Assembly: GCA_013115145.1 (NCBI GenBank)
Contig: JAAPAO010000089.1
Location: 21,576-85,575, forward strand
DNA length: 64,000 bases
From: Perkinsus chesapeaki ATCC PRA-425
Taxonomy: Eukaryota; Protista; Perkinsozoa
Direction: 5' to 3'
Shown here: in pieces, positions 48,561-62,219 of the stretch
Numbering within the stretch: position 1 is the stretch's first letter
Layout: each line of letters starts with the position of its first letter
Notes under the pieces: model-generated
The model's input: the letters and a program-made list of their open reading frames with translations, nothing else
The model's database searches: none
What the model was told of the DNA's origin: nothing
Translations under genes and position numbers: made by a program

Positions 48561-49491
48561 GTGTTATTCTTCAGAGTTCATCAACTAATACCGCGACACA
48601 TACAAGTGTGGTGATTTAATTGTGTGATCTGTCCCTTTGTGCGTATCTTCCTTAGATTCCGCACAAGCTAGGCTAGTTGTTCATTTATATTCATATTTAT
48701 AATATTAGATTCCTCTTTATCTCTGAGTTTGGTTGATATCTATCTAATATCCACGATAACAAGTACACCATGCTTGTGATGCACAGGGAACGTATACCTG
48801 AGGTACTTGTTTATTAGCACACCCGAATTGCTCCTAAATCCTAAAAACACGACTTGCAAAAGGTATGTTGCGCTGTGTACTTGTGTAAAACTCTCATCGG
48901 TTGTCCCTTACAGGCTCCCATGTTCCATCATTTAAAGTGGAACCATGTTGGCTCTAGTGAAAGAACATCGAACGTGGCCGAACCGGATCATCACTCGCTT
49001 AACAATTTACTAAATTGAATTTAGTTAGTATACGTCGTCCACGGTTCTACCAACTCGCCTTAGTTATCTCTGACCAATATGATGAATACGACCGATTATT
49101 TCGCGGACTGGCATGTGGGGACAATCATCGAAAACCCACTACCAACCGAAAAGAGTGTGAACTAACACTTCAGCGAGCCTATAATGCTAACTTCCAAGAG
49201 TATTGTGGAACCGCTTGGCCCCCGTCCCCTAACTCTCTACCAGATTCCCAATATGCGAATCACTTAACTCAGAACATGCAGCTCTGGTTTAGGTAGAGCT
49301 GAGAGTGCCCCGCGTCACCGAAGGACGCCTACGAAGAGGTTCAGCCTGCAACAGGCTCCAGCAGCTCTTCTCCAGCCGTCTTTCTGATGCTTTACTATGT
49401 GTGAGCTTTGTTATCGTTTTAATTGTCAGTTACCTTTAGCGTGTAGTGTCCGTATCCACTGGACGGAATTATACTGGATCAAACAAGATAC

Positions 49492-49513
49492 GTCCCATCA
49501 TGGGATTCCCATG
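49492..49513. other. 22-bp scar, one mismatch, S~xTCCCATG
   Basis: GTCCCAT+CATGGGAT+TCCCATG. Confidence 0.7.
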
Positions 49514-50042
49514 GCTTCACACGACTTCATAGCCCGCACGCATGCGCAAGTATTTGCACGCATGCCCAGTCCCAGGTTCGAACCCCAACCGGGTTTCTTT
49601 TAAAATTTGAGTATGGCAATGATTGCGTTGTGAAGGAATGCTCACGCGCTGTACTTCCATCTGTTCTGAAATGCGGCGGGCCAAAGGACCGCCTGTCATA
49701 CTTGATAATGCACACCTCTGATCGACTGCCTCCACCACTCTAGGTTCGTTCCTCGGTTTTCACCCTTTTTTGTATCTTCCAACCGTTGCGCAGTTCAACG
49801 TTCCAACACGATTTAATTGTAAGGACATGGTATCCGCGAACAAGTGGAATTTAGCCTTCAAATACCCACGAACTCTGTAATAAACAGATAAAGAGAAAAA
49901 ACTGTATCGGAAATAGAGACTCTTTATTTCCCATACAGTTTTTTGGAAGGTATATGACTGTCAAGAAGTTATACAACCCCTGCGTTTCTAGAAACCTCAT
50001 TAACAGTTGTCTATCGTATCATCGGGAGGCCCTCTCTCCATC

Positions 50043-51666
50043 ATGGCCTCTCCAATGCCGTCAGTGCCGTCAGCAAGCAACAGCCCTCCTCCGCCCAGCT
50101 ACCAAGCCACAACCGGTCACAGCGCCGGCGGTGGCGGCCAGGACTACTCGGCCAATATTGCTGAGCAGATTCAGATGTCTATACGGGACGCAGTAGTGCG
50201 ATGGTCTACCAGCAGCGGTGGAGATGGTATGCCTTTGGGGGTGCTGGAGACTGACCCCACGATTGGCACTATGCTGGCAAGGATGGGCATGAGGTAATCT
50301 TCTAGCGGGGCTTTGGGGGAGCGAGAGGCATATGGGAGAGAGAATCACAGATATAAGAAATAAGGAGTGTGATTACTACATAAGGACTGATGTCTAGCTT
50401 TGTTGGAACTGCTAAAGCATTTCCTGTGGTTCAAGAAGGGTGCACGGTCGAGCCCTTAAATGAGCCTGCGTTTGCGGGTGGCTATAGCGAACCTGTGGCA
50501 TGTAGCGCAATGAAGGTGACCTGACAAGTTTATGGTAAAAACCAGAATTGTGGGGGCTGAGGAAGGCGTGTCGTGGTTTGGCTGGAAAATTTGTGGCTAC
50601 CGCCGGCGCACCGCGAACTGCATAACGATAGTGCCAATTTCAGGCTGCCTCGGTTCATCCAAGTGCATTGTCCGAATGCATTCAACGTTTCCATTGACGG
50701 TAAAGTCACCCTTGCCTCATCCGCAGGGTTGCCCTATCAGATGGTAGTAGGGCGTCGCGTAGGAAAATTATAATCGTTCTGGTTTAGGCCGGTGCTATGC
50801 AGCAAACGGGCAGTGGAGTGCCGTCGACTACCCCGGCGGCGAGTATGATGCAAGGAGGTCCCTACGGTCCTAGGCGAGCCTCTGGTCCGTATCGACCAGC
50901 GGGAATGCTAGCAGCACCCTACAGTCCACTAGCTCACCACAGGAAAGGCGGCAAGGGCGGCAAAGGGGCCTTGGGACCGCTGGGCATGTCACCGTCGTTC
51001 CACGCAGCAGCAGCGGCTGCCGCGGCAGCTGCGGGCTTTGGCTCGCCAATGGGGGGTTTGCCCCAGTCCGCAATGGGCGCGGTGCGGGCCGGTATGGTCC
51101 CTTGGGCGGCTGCGGCGGCCGCAGCGGCGGCACAGCACATGCATTTGGGGATGTTCCCTATGGGAGCGGCTCATCCAGGAGCACCACCGGAGCTGCCGGA
51201 GCCGCCGCTGTTTGTGAGAGTGAGCCCGCCGGCCGCGGAAAGTCCGGTGAGGGCATTGCAGAGCGCGCTGGCCCACATGTCTGGGATACCGGGATCCTCT
51301 AAGACCATGGCGGCGCTGTTGGAGTTGGTGGCTGAGGGCAATCAGGGTCGGGATAGCAGTGGGAGTCCGATTGCTGCGGACGTGGTGGAGGTTATTAAGA
51401 GCCATCCAGCTGTTAGGAAAACTGTGGAGTCGATATTGTTACCGTTGGTGCATTTCCAACTGCAGCAAGCGGGCTACGCGGTTCCACCGGCGCCGGCAAC
51501 AGCGATGGACTTGGTGCGTGTGTTAAGGAATGTAGACGGCGAGGATCAGAGGGCTGTTTATGAGAAGCTGCCGCCGCTGCCTCGAGTGAAGCTGGGAAGC
51601 CGGGACAGGAACTTTGTGCAATTTGTGCAAGCGGCGACGCTTATTAGGAATGCATCGGTAATATAG
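50043..51666 (+). CDS. Hypothetical protein with Ala/Gly/Pro-rich low-complexity middle, multi-exon
   Basis: GC-rich exon from ATG at 50043, short internal exons, and a 289-aa terminal ORF (50797-51666) with poly-Ala runs. No domain confidently named. Confidence 0.6.
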
Positions 51667-52480
51667 AGTGGGGAAAATGGGTAATAATTCCGGTGTTTAG
51701 GGCGGAGCGATGCTTGGTGATAAAGATGCCTATGAGATGATTAAAGCTGTTGTGGAGAGTAGGGATACCGAACGGGAGGGGTCGGATAGATATCGGCATA
51801 ATCATCGACGACGATGATGGGAATGTATACTATTTGTAGCTAATGCTGTGACGATTTTTCTCTGAAGGAAGCGTTTCTGTGTTAAGTGTGAATACGTAGA
51901 GGTCCTCCTGGTCCGGAAGTCTATATTGCACGCATATGGTGTTAACATTTTAGGAAGTACAGTGAAACGAATCCTGAGGAGAGTACGGTATGTTTCGCAC
52001 TACGCACTATAAGGCAGGGAATGTATCTCATTTTCGTGAGGTGTTAGCGGAAGAAGGGAAGCTTGGGAGCTTTATTCATACGGGTCTAAAATTGAGACCT
52101 TAAAATTATGATATCAAACATATTTGGACTCTTAATATGTTTGATATTATCTGTATCAGTATGAGGGCTGCCCCCCCCCCCGGCGGCGCCACTTGGGTTG
52201 CTCGTTCTACCGGCTACTGGGCTTTATGTGATTGAATGACAGCACTACTGGGGGTTCGGCATGTAACTTCTACTGTTGACGAGCGTTCATAGTAGTCATC
52301 TCATTTATCCACGTGAGATGTTGAAAAGCATCGGTCTGTGGGTGGAGCAGCTCAGTCGACCAAAACTATATTCGAGAGCATAGTCCAGAATGTGTCCTGG
52401 GTCTCGAGTAGGCTACTTTATAGTGTATATATTATGCATATGCGAAGGGAACGAGTATTGTAGAATTGTTCCTTTTCTGT

Positions 52481-55400
52481 ATGACATTACCATTTATTAT
52501 CTCATCCGACTCCTCCACTAGTGGTAACAGCGATCTAGCTTTGGCCTTGGTCTTGTATGGGATGCTGTCTTATGCATTGGCATTGGTTTGGGCTGTTAAT
52601 GTGAAGACGATGCGATTGAGGACTTACCAAATGATCGGCCACTCATTAAGCATGTTTGTGGGTGTGCTTATGTTTCAAACATTTAATACTTTAATTAATG
52701 ATTTATTCCAGGGTGGAGACCCAAGTAAGTGTCCGGGGACAGCGATGGGATTTATGCATGTATTCACTTGCGACAAAGGAGGAGGGATTGGGACATTTAA
52801 CGAGATTTCGATCAGTCTTGCCATTTCGAAGTGTGGCATTGAGAAGTGTGGCACGCATCAAAGTTTACACTTCAAGATATTTGAAATTTGCCATACCAAA
52901 ATGAGCCCATGAGTTTTGCTTAAAATGTGTACTGTATTTCTCACCAGCGCTTGGAGGTAAGACTCTTCCTCTTTCCCTTATTATTGTAGAACTTTTAATG
53001 CTTTTGCAGTGGAAGGACTGTCGTATTGTGGACCGGGAATAGTCGAGTTAGTTAACGATATGCTCCCTCGGTGACATCCACACTTTCAGATGAGAACTCC
53101 TCGGACATCCCCCTGAGCGTTATTATATTCCTATTGTGGAATGTACTCGGTCTCTTCCTCATTTGGAAATTTCATCGGAATCCACGTCTCCAAAAAGTAA
53201 GTCCCCGCCTGACTGCTGCAATTGGTTACCTTATTACCTCAGGGTTGTCTTATTATTATTGGGCACACTGCTGGTTTCGCTTGCATCAACGTGGCAACGA
53301 TCGTCCAAACTTCTTCCTTTGCCGAAAATGACGGTATGGCTGTGCTATACGTATTTTTGGTCCTGTTGGTCCTTTTGGTTGGATACGCGATTTTGTAACG
53401 CTGCGAATGATACGTGGATCCTGTTAGTGAATGGTATAGTAGGTACTTCCTGTTGGAGCTTTTCATTGCTGGATATCTTACCTTTAAAGAGCGACGTAAG
53501 AGGAGGCGGGATAGTTCTCTGGCAACTACGGCTACTTCCACCCCACACCACGCTGAAGACCCGGCTCCGCCCGATTCTGGTAAGAAGATTCGTTGGCAGC
53601 GAATCGTTGCGTTGCTCACGGATGAGGGAAGCGGTGATTTTCACGATATTTTTTGCGATCGTAGGGTTATTCATTTTTTTGTCAGAAATTTTCGTTGAGA
53701 CAGCTGCTAATACCGATGGTTGCGCTCACCCTAAGCGTCCGTATATTGATTACTATTATCGCAGGATAACAGATGTACCATCCCTCACAAAGAGGTCGCT
53801 GTTGAAGTTTGTGGGACATATTATCGCGAGTAGGTTTTTGGGGGGTGGAGAATTTCCAATCACTGAAAATGAGGGAAAATTATATCCTGACGGAGCAGTT
53901 CTGTATGCGATACCCTTTCGTAAGAACAGCTTGGTGGTAGTATGGCAACAGTATCTCCCTTAAGTATTGCTGGTAGCAATCTGCTATACTACCATTCCGT
54001 ATGCTACATTTCAGCAACCAGACTGTATGTTGGCGTGCGCAGTTTATCATAAACTGTTTATGAGAGGGAGCTGAAGGCTGTCTTATCCAAGACTGGGTAT
54101 CCCGGGCTCGAGCTTCAAGCCTGTTCTAATAAGCTTGGAACTTCACACCTGGAAGATGCCTAATCGGCGATTGCTGATCACTGATACAGAGGCACCATAT
54201 GGCACGATATGCGAGAGTTGTTCGTTCATTGAGGAAACCTGGACGCGGACATGTATCGGAAGTGGAAGCGTCTACACGTGAGCGGTTCATGAATCGTGAA
54301 AAAGACGAACGGTTCATCGTGGATCACGATGAACCCAAGTTGGGTTACCTAACTACCTTCAGCGAAGAGTGTGAATTCATGGCGGACAGTCTTCGTGTCA
54401 AGATGCTGTGCGTGGGAGATGGGCGGAGGACAATTGAAGAATTGGATTCCGCTGGTTGTCCTGCTGTAGTTGGATAGATTGGGAAGTGGTTATCCAATGA
54501 TTCGATTCCAATCTATCTACCTATTACTTAAGCCTTATATAGCTTATTCTAGCATTCGGCTAGGTTGGCCCCCGTCCAAACTGGACGGGTTCGCTATACT
54601 CTAGCAGAAAATCGGGGTGGCACCCCGGGGGTGCCTGATAACCTTCGAGGCCCTCGAATCGAGGGTTCATAATGAACCATTCATTACAAATTGTAAACCC
54701 AAACTCAAGAAAAATAGAAACGAACAAATATGATCTATAGCAGGTGAGCGAATAGATGGTCAGGTAGACCGGCGTACGCCAGTACTTTTAAGTATAGACA
54801 CCGAGAAATTCACAGTTAACGGGGTAATATGTTAACTTAATACGTTAACTCGTTCACGTGATGACTATATTATAGAGGGTCGACGAACAAGAAACGCGTT
54901 TTGTACCGACTGCTGCGCAAATCGCCTCCGGGGTCTCCTGGGCATGCGCCGTGAGGGAAACCATCTGGAGGTAATGCCTCCAGATGGCATCATGATGACA
55001 TTATTAATGTTTCCATAAGTTAAGCTACCCATCTAGAAGTCGACTGGATAAGACCCATTTTTGCAGCAAATACTGTTTCTGTGCTTTATTAAGCGAGTTC
55101 CGAGACTTGCCGAACGTGTTGTGTTCATACTGAATTATACGGGATAATATCCCACAGCTAACGACGCAGGAGTTGCATCAGTGTTTTATCCAAACGCTCG
55201 TCTTTTTACGGTAAAATGGAGCATCTTAGATGGTGAATGCCCGGCCCAACTTGCCAAGACTCTTGGTTTTGATAATCGGGCTGAAATATCGGCATCCATT
55301 TACTGCGTTGGACGCTAAAACCAATGATGTGGGAGAACCTGAACTAAGAATACCACGGGGAACTGTATCCCACGTATGCTATGGTTTCCGGAGCGCTGAA

Positions 55401-57282
55401 AACGTTGTGCAACCCAGTCTACGCTTCTTAGTTCACTATGTGAAAGCTCCATTGATACGACATACTTGAAGCTGGTGGGAAACAAAAATTCCTAACCCGA
55501 AAGCCTGTCGAACTAAGGTACAATGTCTTTCGTGACCGTCCAAGCCTTTGCCTTTATCTTCTATGGTGAGTATCCAGGAGTCACTCTCCGGCCACCATCA
55601 GAACAGTTATTGGCAGAGATATATATGTGGCTGGTGGTGAGTACTTTACCTGTCCCCAACTCACGCTATCACTTTGTGTAGGTAGCAGGATCATTACTCC
55701 TAGTTGTCCTCGTCAACGTAGTGGCGGCAAAGCAATCAATTCGGGAGTTCTTCACACGGGGAGCTTGGTTGGGAGAGGTCGTTTTTGAGGCGTTCCACAA
55801 GTAAGTGGGTTCAGGAGGCAGAACAATCAGGATCATAGTAGTGAGAGCCTCACAGCTCTTCTGAGACACTGGGAGTGTCACATTAGATAGTTTGCGGTTT
55901 TTATTCGATATATGGCTCACCGGTGATATCCCAGATCAGCGGCTCATTGAAGAGGAGATGAGTTGGTCCTTTCGCACTTCTGAGTAGCATCGTCGACGAC
56001 GATTTGTCGTCTGCTTCGCGGTCATGCTAAGTTAGAATTGCCAAGTCGAACAGCTCGACCCCAATGACTGTGAACTATATCTTTCCCCGCTCAGGTTCTG
56101 CCATTTGTGCCTGGCATGGTCCCTTCTACTTTCCAGCTATTGGATGCTAGCAGAGCTGTATGATCCTGGCACATCTGAGTCCATTTGGGCTCTTACCAAC
56201 TCTATAACATACTCTATAATCTCTATACTAGTGGTGTGGATACTTTCGGTATGCGAACGCCGGTAAGTACCTCACTTATATTCATTTACTTGTTCATTGA
56301 TCTGCACCTTGCCTGAGGCGAGTGGTGTGGCACGTGTAGGAACTTTCACCACTAAACGGTTTACTTTTGGCTCGATTTTCCACGTATGGTTCAGTCCGAA
56401 CCGTCCATGGAAAACTGGAGAAATTCCAATTGAGTAGAATGTTTTTCCGTGAAAAGGCTGAATCGTTGGGAACCTTGGCCGGGGCAGCTTTCCCTCCCTG
56501 TTGTTCACGTCTTTTACCAGTGGTCTATTTTCATAGGTTCCATGCGCCTCAAGTGATAATAGAAGGCTTCGTTTGGGCTATATCACTTTTGCTTGGTTAC
56601 TCTTGGAAATTAGTTTTCACCGAAGCGCAAAACGCGGTGCTGCACGCGGACAACTGGTAGGATTCCTTCGTTGCTCATCGGTTGAATTTGCGACTGCGAT
56701 ACGCCCTTGTGGAATTACTGTCCGCTCTGGTAGAATAATAATGACTACGTATGTGTTCAACGTACTTAGTTATTATTATTTGATCAAGCTGCTGTTTATA
56801 ACGCTATGAGGACATCTTCAGCTCCCGCAATGTCCGGGGCCTGAAAATAAGTTTCAAATGTTTCAACATGGTGGCGTCGCTGAACCATTGAGAGAAATGG
56901 GTATGCAAACTACAACTTTGACACGCGGTTTGACTTGCACTGAAATTGGATGACCAAAAAATATGTGAAGGAACAATTACGATACATTTCGTGGCGAGTG
57001 ACTTGTCTTGCAGATCGAATTTCGCGCTGCCGTTTGTGATTGTTTGCTTTGTATTAACCATGTACCCCTGGTGATATCTTCCAGTCAGAGATTTTTAACA
57101 AATTCGCCTACTTTTCCTCCCTCAGGGGTCTCCGTATCCTCACGAGTGCGATGAACTTTGGTTTGATGATACCAGTTTATTTCCGCTACATCCTGCCCAA
57201 GATGGAGCCCCCCACTGCCTTCTACGATAGGGACACTCAAACGGCGGCAGCAATGTTACGTTGCCGTAGCGCTGCCTTCTGA
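52481..57282 (+). CDS. Uncharacterised multipass membrane protein, multi-exon
   Basis: Hydrophobic exons LALVLYGMLSYALALVW..YQMIGHSLSMFVGVLMFQ, IIFLLWNVLGLFLIW, FVWAISLLLGYSWKLVF, and terminal MIPVYFRYILPKME..AF*. Resembles a TM family I recall from dinoflagellates and Perkinsus (not verified). Confidence 0.65.
54613..54696. other. Hotspot of adjacent scars (54613-54634 and 54644-54665 perfect; 54664-54685 one mismatch; partial at 54684-54696)
   Basis: CGGGGTG+GCACCCCG+GGGGTGC; TTCGAGG+CCCTCGAA+TCGAGGG; GGTTCAT+AATGAACC+ATTCATT; TTACAA-A-TTGTAA. Confidence 0.85.
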
Positions 57283-57648
57283 CTTGTGTATTACCGCGAT
57301 TTAATATTATTCATTATTAATATTTTTACCTTTGACAAGTTTCAATATTTAGCAGCTTCCAAGTTCGCACTTTTTGCGTTTGAATTCAATTACGTGAGAA
57401 AGCGCTTACTTTGATAAGTGTGGAATCCGCGCGTGTGTGTGTGAGTTTATAGTCCAACGCCGAAATTGGCTTAGTTAGACTACCACTGGAATCACTAGTG
57501 GAATCCGCTATCACATAGTAAAGCTAATTCCGTAAGACTTTTTGTGTCGGTAGTGGAGGTGCCCTCTACGAGGAACGCGTGTGCCTACTGAGCGTTGGTG
57601 GCGAATGACCGCCTTCGAAAGTTAACATGTTGAGCTTGAGCGGTTGAT

Positions 57649-57673
57649 GCAGCTACTAGCTGCTGCCAGCTAG
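57649..57673. other. Scar variant with 3 extra nt, S=GCAGCTAG
   Basis: GCAGCTA+CTAGCTGC+TGC+CAGCTAG, ~50 bp upstream of the ARP1 ATG. Confidence 0.6.
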
Positions 57674-57722
57674 CCAGGAGTTGCTTATTCTCGCAGCATC
57701 AGCTGTGTAGTTGTCTCTGGTA

Positions 57723-60700
57723 ATGCTCGGCAACCAACCTGTGGTCATCGATAACGGTAGCGGGTCTATTAAGGCCGGATTCTCCGGTGAGAACTCACCA
57801 CAGGTAGGGGAAGATCCTCCTCGCCGCGTGAGGGTTTGCTTAGGTTCAGATTCTTTCTGCAGTTGGGTATCCGAAGTATCGAAAAGTGATGGCGTCTGGG
57901 CCTGGCCAACGGGAGGCTGTAGACGGTGGTAAAGCAAGCAGCTCAACTGGCTCGGTGAGCCCGAAGGTAAGGTTGAGCTCTGGGAAGAAGATAAATGTGA
58001 AGCTGCAATTGGGAAAGTGGGAGAGAATAGAGCTCATTAGGGATTGCTTCATTACTCGTCGTTTTCTCGAAAAATTATCAAAGACGTATTTATCGAATGA
58101 AATTCAAGTAGCAACTACTCAGGGTTATATTAACAAAGCGCACCAGTTGGGTATCCCTTTAATAAGATGCAATTGTACATGCCTTCAAGGACCTGCCAAA
58201 GTTCGAGCTTATTGCTTCTTTCTTTACAGACTGTTGTGGTGGGCAGTCGATTGGAGACCAGCGCCCGTGGTTTATTGGATATAAAGTACCCGATTAGTCA
58301 TGGATGTGTTACTGATTGGAACGCAATGGAACATATATGGAATCATGTATTTAGTGACGGTCTTAAATGCCGATCACAGGAGCATCCGGTGAGACCAAAA
58401 AGGTGTCTGGATAGCAAAGATAGATCAACTGTAGATGGATTAGGTTACTCTTGCGTGAACAGGCTACTAAATGTGATTCATAATATACTAGACATAGTTC
58501 GGCAGCTGGCAAATACGGGTGCCTCTGCGGACTAGGGTTTGGCAAGTGGAGTCTGTTGGGGTCCCCAACTTGGGGACTACTTAGCTCAGTTCCATTTGAG
58601 CTTGCATGGGGAAATTCAATAACAATATTCTAAGGGAACTCACCCAGTCGCATCGTAAACCGCGTTATGGATGTCGTTGATAGTTCGGCGGAGCCTGGCT
58701 CGCTGGACCACCGAGGCCTGACCCGCTCCAGCGGCTCGTTGCTCTATCCCACAGAGCAACAGTTTCGAGGCGCGCGAAAGTTTACCTCGTCAGGTACTTG
58801 TCAGCGAACCACCTTTGAATCCAATGAGTCACAGGGAGAAGTTAGCCGAGTGTCTGTTTGAAGTATTCAAGGTATAGCCGGGGTTCGAACCTGCGACCTA
58901 TGGCTTATTATTTCACTGTAGGTCCCAGCCCTCCACATCGCCTGCTCTCCTGTTCTCTCTCTCTATGCATCTGGTCGAACAACAGGTGTGGTGCTCGATA
59001 TAGGGGACGGGGTTGCGCAGGTGAGACGCTCTTCGATGGTGGTATGTCATCAGTCTATGAAGGTCATGCCTGTATACGATGGTTACGCTGTTGGGCACGC
59101 TGCCACTCGCGGAGAGACTGCTGGGAGGTATGTCAAGGCCGTGCAGTCCGCGGGGGTCATGCATTCCCTTCTTATGTGTTCCGTATTCCTTCTCCGGTTT
59201 TGCTAGCAACATACTATAAACTTCACAGTTGAGTTCCGAGCCCTCCCCGTCGAACTGTCTCACTCGTCGGAGACTCTGATTCAGAGTTTTAATTTAGGAA
59301 ACCGAAAAACGGCGAAATTTTCTCAAAATTTTTGTTTGTCACGACTGTATGCAGATAGCATCACATTGACCATTATACCCGTTCGCTAGGACCGTTTTTG
59401 GACTAGACGGCGCGGAAAGATATGTATAATGCTATATTCAATATATCTTCTAGTGATTACTTATAACAAGCTCATTGTTCCCACGCGAAAAGGTGTTCTC
59501 CGATCTCCTCGGTTCAGGGACGTCACTGATTGGCTGCAGCTGTCACTTAAAAGGCAGTGCGGTCTCAATCTGGTATCCACTGCTGACAGGGAGGTAAGAT
59601 TCAGCTCATCCGGCACGAGGAGCCATAGTGTGACATCAGATGGCCTCAGACATTCCTTTGAAGAATCCGTTCGGTTTTCACATTCGGTCTAGGAACATCT
59701 GTACTAGCTGAGACTACGGAAAAATTTTCGCGCAGGCAAAAAATCGCTCGTTCAAATAATCGGTCATGATATTATGAACCTCATTTTCGATTGTGACTGT
59801 CATGCTAAGGTCCAAGTTTCATGCTCTTATTTGTAGAATTGAAGAAATTATACCAAAAACGAATTTGCATGACGGTCTGGTTCGCACAGTAGATGAATCC
59901 ATTCCCCTAAAAAAGCTGTTCGCCTCCCTCTTACTTCTGCTGTTGCAGATTGTTCGCACGATAAAGGAGGACTGCTGTGCGGTATCATTACATCCAGCAG
60001 TCCAGGGTATGTGGCGTGGTGGAAGTGAATGGGAGTTTGATAAGGATCCGAGGAGAGCAGGAAGCAAGCAGGCTTTGGATCATACGGTGAGATCTCCGAC
60101 TACATTCTTCCCATTTATTATGTGGTATACTGCGCAGTAGCGCATTCCGATCTCTCACCTTTCCTTTCAGTCGGGTGTAAGTCTCCGAGTATAGCGGACT
60201 CAATCTACATTTGACTAGCGAGAGCTAATTTGATCACAATAATTCCGAATCCGCCTTATGTATTAGTATTGTGGTCTTTGTATCTTATTGCCTTGTTGTA
60301 GCTCTTTATCAATCACTCTGACCAGTCTTTCTGATCTGAAATCTGGTTAGTTCGCCCCAGCTTCCGTCAAACCGTCGTATTTTGACCGCGAGCGTTCGTC
60401 GGTTGTGCAATTTGACTTTTCTTTTTTCAGTATGAGCTTCCTGATGGTTCCATAATCAACATTGGGCTCGAAAGATTCCAGGCTCCAGAAATCTTATTCA
60501 ATCCAAGTAAGAGGCTCGTTGCTTATCCAGCCCTCGCCAGCTTACTGCCGACGCTATTCTTGAGCTTCCCGTGCTCAACTGTCAGTTGCTATTCAGCATA
60601 TAGACAACAACCAGCGTGAAAATTTTCTCAGGATTTTTCATCTCCTTTCAAGATTTGTGCGCGATTGAAATGCTCACATGAGCCTCCTGGGAGAATTGGG

Positions 60701-61740
60701 TACGACAGTTTTACATTTTTCTGTTGCTTATTAGTGGAACTGCCACATAAGGGGTGCCATGGTATCTACATCACGCTGCTAGGCTGATCCTTATCACGGG
60801 CACCCGTTTTCACTACTCTATACGTAATGCGATGAAGTATGACTGCTATACGCTGACATAGCGCTTAAAAAGAAATCGTATGTTAAGCTGTGAAAACTTG
60901 ACAACATCTGCGACAGCTGGTTCTGCTCGCAGCGAGATTTAGCATTCTGGCTCGTCACGTCAGCAGGATTTACGGTACATCTTTTGTGTGTATTTTAGCT
61001 ATTGGAGCCTCGTCTGATCAAGGTGTGCATTTATTACTACATGAATCCATACAGAAAAGTGATATGGATCTGAGGCGAACGTTGCTGCAGAATGTGGTAA
61101 GTGAATCATTTACTAATATGTAACCGATTTGCGACCAGAGATGGGTTGTGATAGTTCAGTGACGTCGGTCTTCGGAGAATGCGGATCGCTTGTGCGTGCT
61201 GCGCTGTCACTCCTCCCTGCGCATGGCGGTCTCCCGTGTTCGGTATCAAACCTGAAATGGCTGTTACTTCTTAAAATGCGGGGTGGATGATTCTGAGATT
61301 GTGAAATACAAGCGTTCGCTAGAAGGATCTTATTCCTCGTGATTTTCCATTCCCGTATATCCACTGGTCTACTCGTAGTGTTCGTCATATCCCTGTAATG
61401 CAGCTGCAGGTACTCGCTGGCGGCAGTACACTTTTCCCCGGGTAGATCACATCACAGTCACTCAATTTTATTCGTTTCTTGTGAAGGTTCGGTGAGAGGC
61501 TTCTCTCGGAGATGCGTAAGGTGGTCCCGAAAGATTCGCGTATAAAGATATGCGCGCCACCTGAGCGTGAGTTCCGGTTAATAATTTCATGGCGCGTGAA
61601 GGCGTCTTGTTGCAGGAAAGCTATCGGCCTGGGTTGGTGGCAGCGTGCTGTCGAGCCTTAGCTCATTCAAGCGAGTGTGGCTGACGCGAGAAGAGTACAA
61701 GGAAAGCGGACTATCCGCTCTCCATCGGCGCACGGGTTAA
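57723..61740 (+). CDS. ARP1: Actin-related protein 1 (centractin-like), multi-exon
   Basis: [86 protein letters not shown]. Confidence 0.85.
58555..58576. other. 22-bp scar (perfect), S=GTTGGGGA, in an ARP1 intron
   Basis: GTTGGGG+TCCCCAAC+TTGGGGA. Confidence 0.8.
58871..58910 (-). pseudogene. tRNA-Ile-like 3' half relic in an ARP1 intron
   Basis: TAATAAGCCATAGGTCGCAGGTTCGAACCCCGG resembles the 3' half of tRNA-Ile at 27951. Confidence 0.35.
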
Positions 61741-62219
61741 AAAATATCAATTATCATGATGCGCAAAATTAAAGTGTTTCTTCTATTTCCGTTCGTCTGT
61801 TGTGTTAAACGGAGCAATTAACATCTTTGTTATATTGTCAACTAAGAGGCTATAAGTTCAATACAGTATTCACAGTACTGCACAGTGGCCGTGGTATACG
61901 AGAAGTCTGAGCTCAGTAGTCGTTCGTTCCGGGAAGGTATCAATCTCTCATGCATTTTCACTTTATTTTGTAACTATTGTTCCCCGCTATTCGTGTCAAA
62001 GATTATTCGTTTAATCAATTCGCTTTCCTGTCCTTTCCTTTATTATACACTTAGTAATTCATCGATGTATAGTAATACTATACATCGGTCGACTACTAAT
62101 AACACTTCATGCACTTATCTAATATCAAGAAATTTAGTATCTCTAATAAATGATGTCATTTACTTCTATTCATCTTTCATCAACTACTCTTTATTATCGA
62201 CTCTTCAGGGTTTTTCTTT

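Noticed and set aside
52095-52150. 13-bp stem hairpin TATCAAACATATT...AATATGTTTGATA and nearby C-run
   Set aside because: Isolated and AT-rich, does not fit the scar geometry, and has no second copy; prokaryotic terminator logic does not apply.
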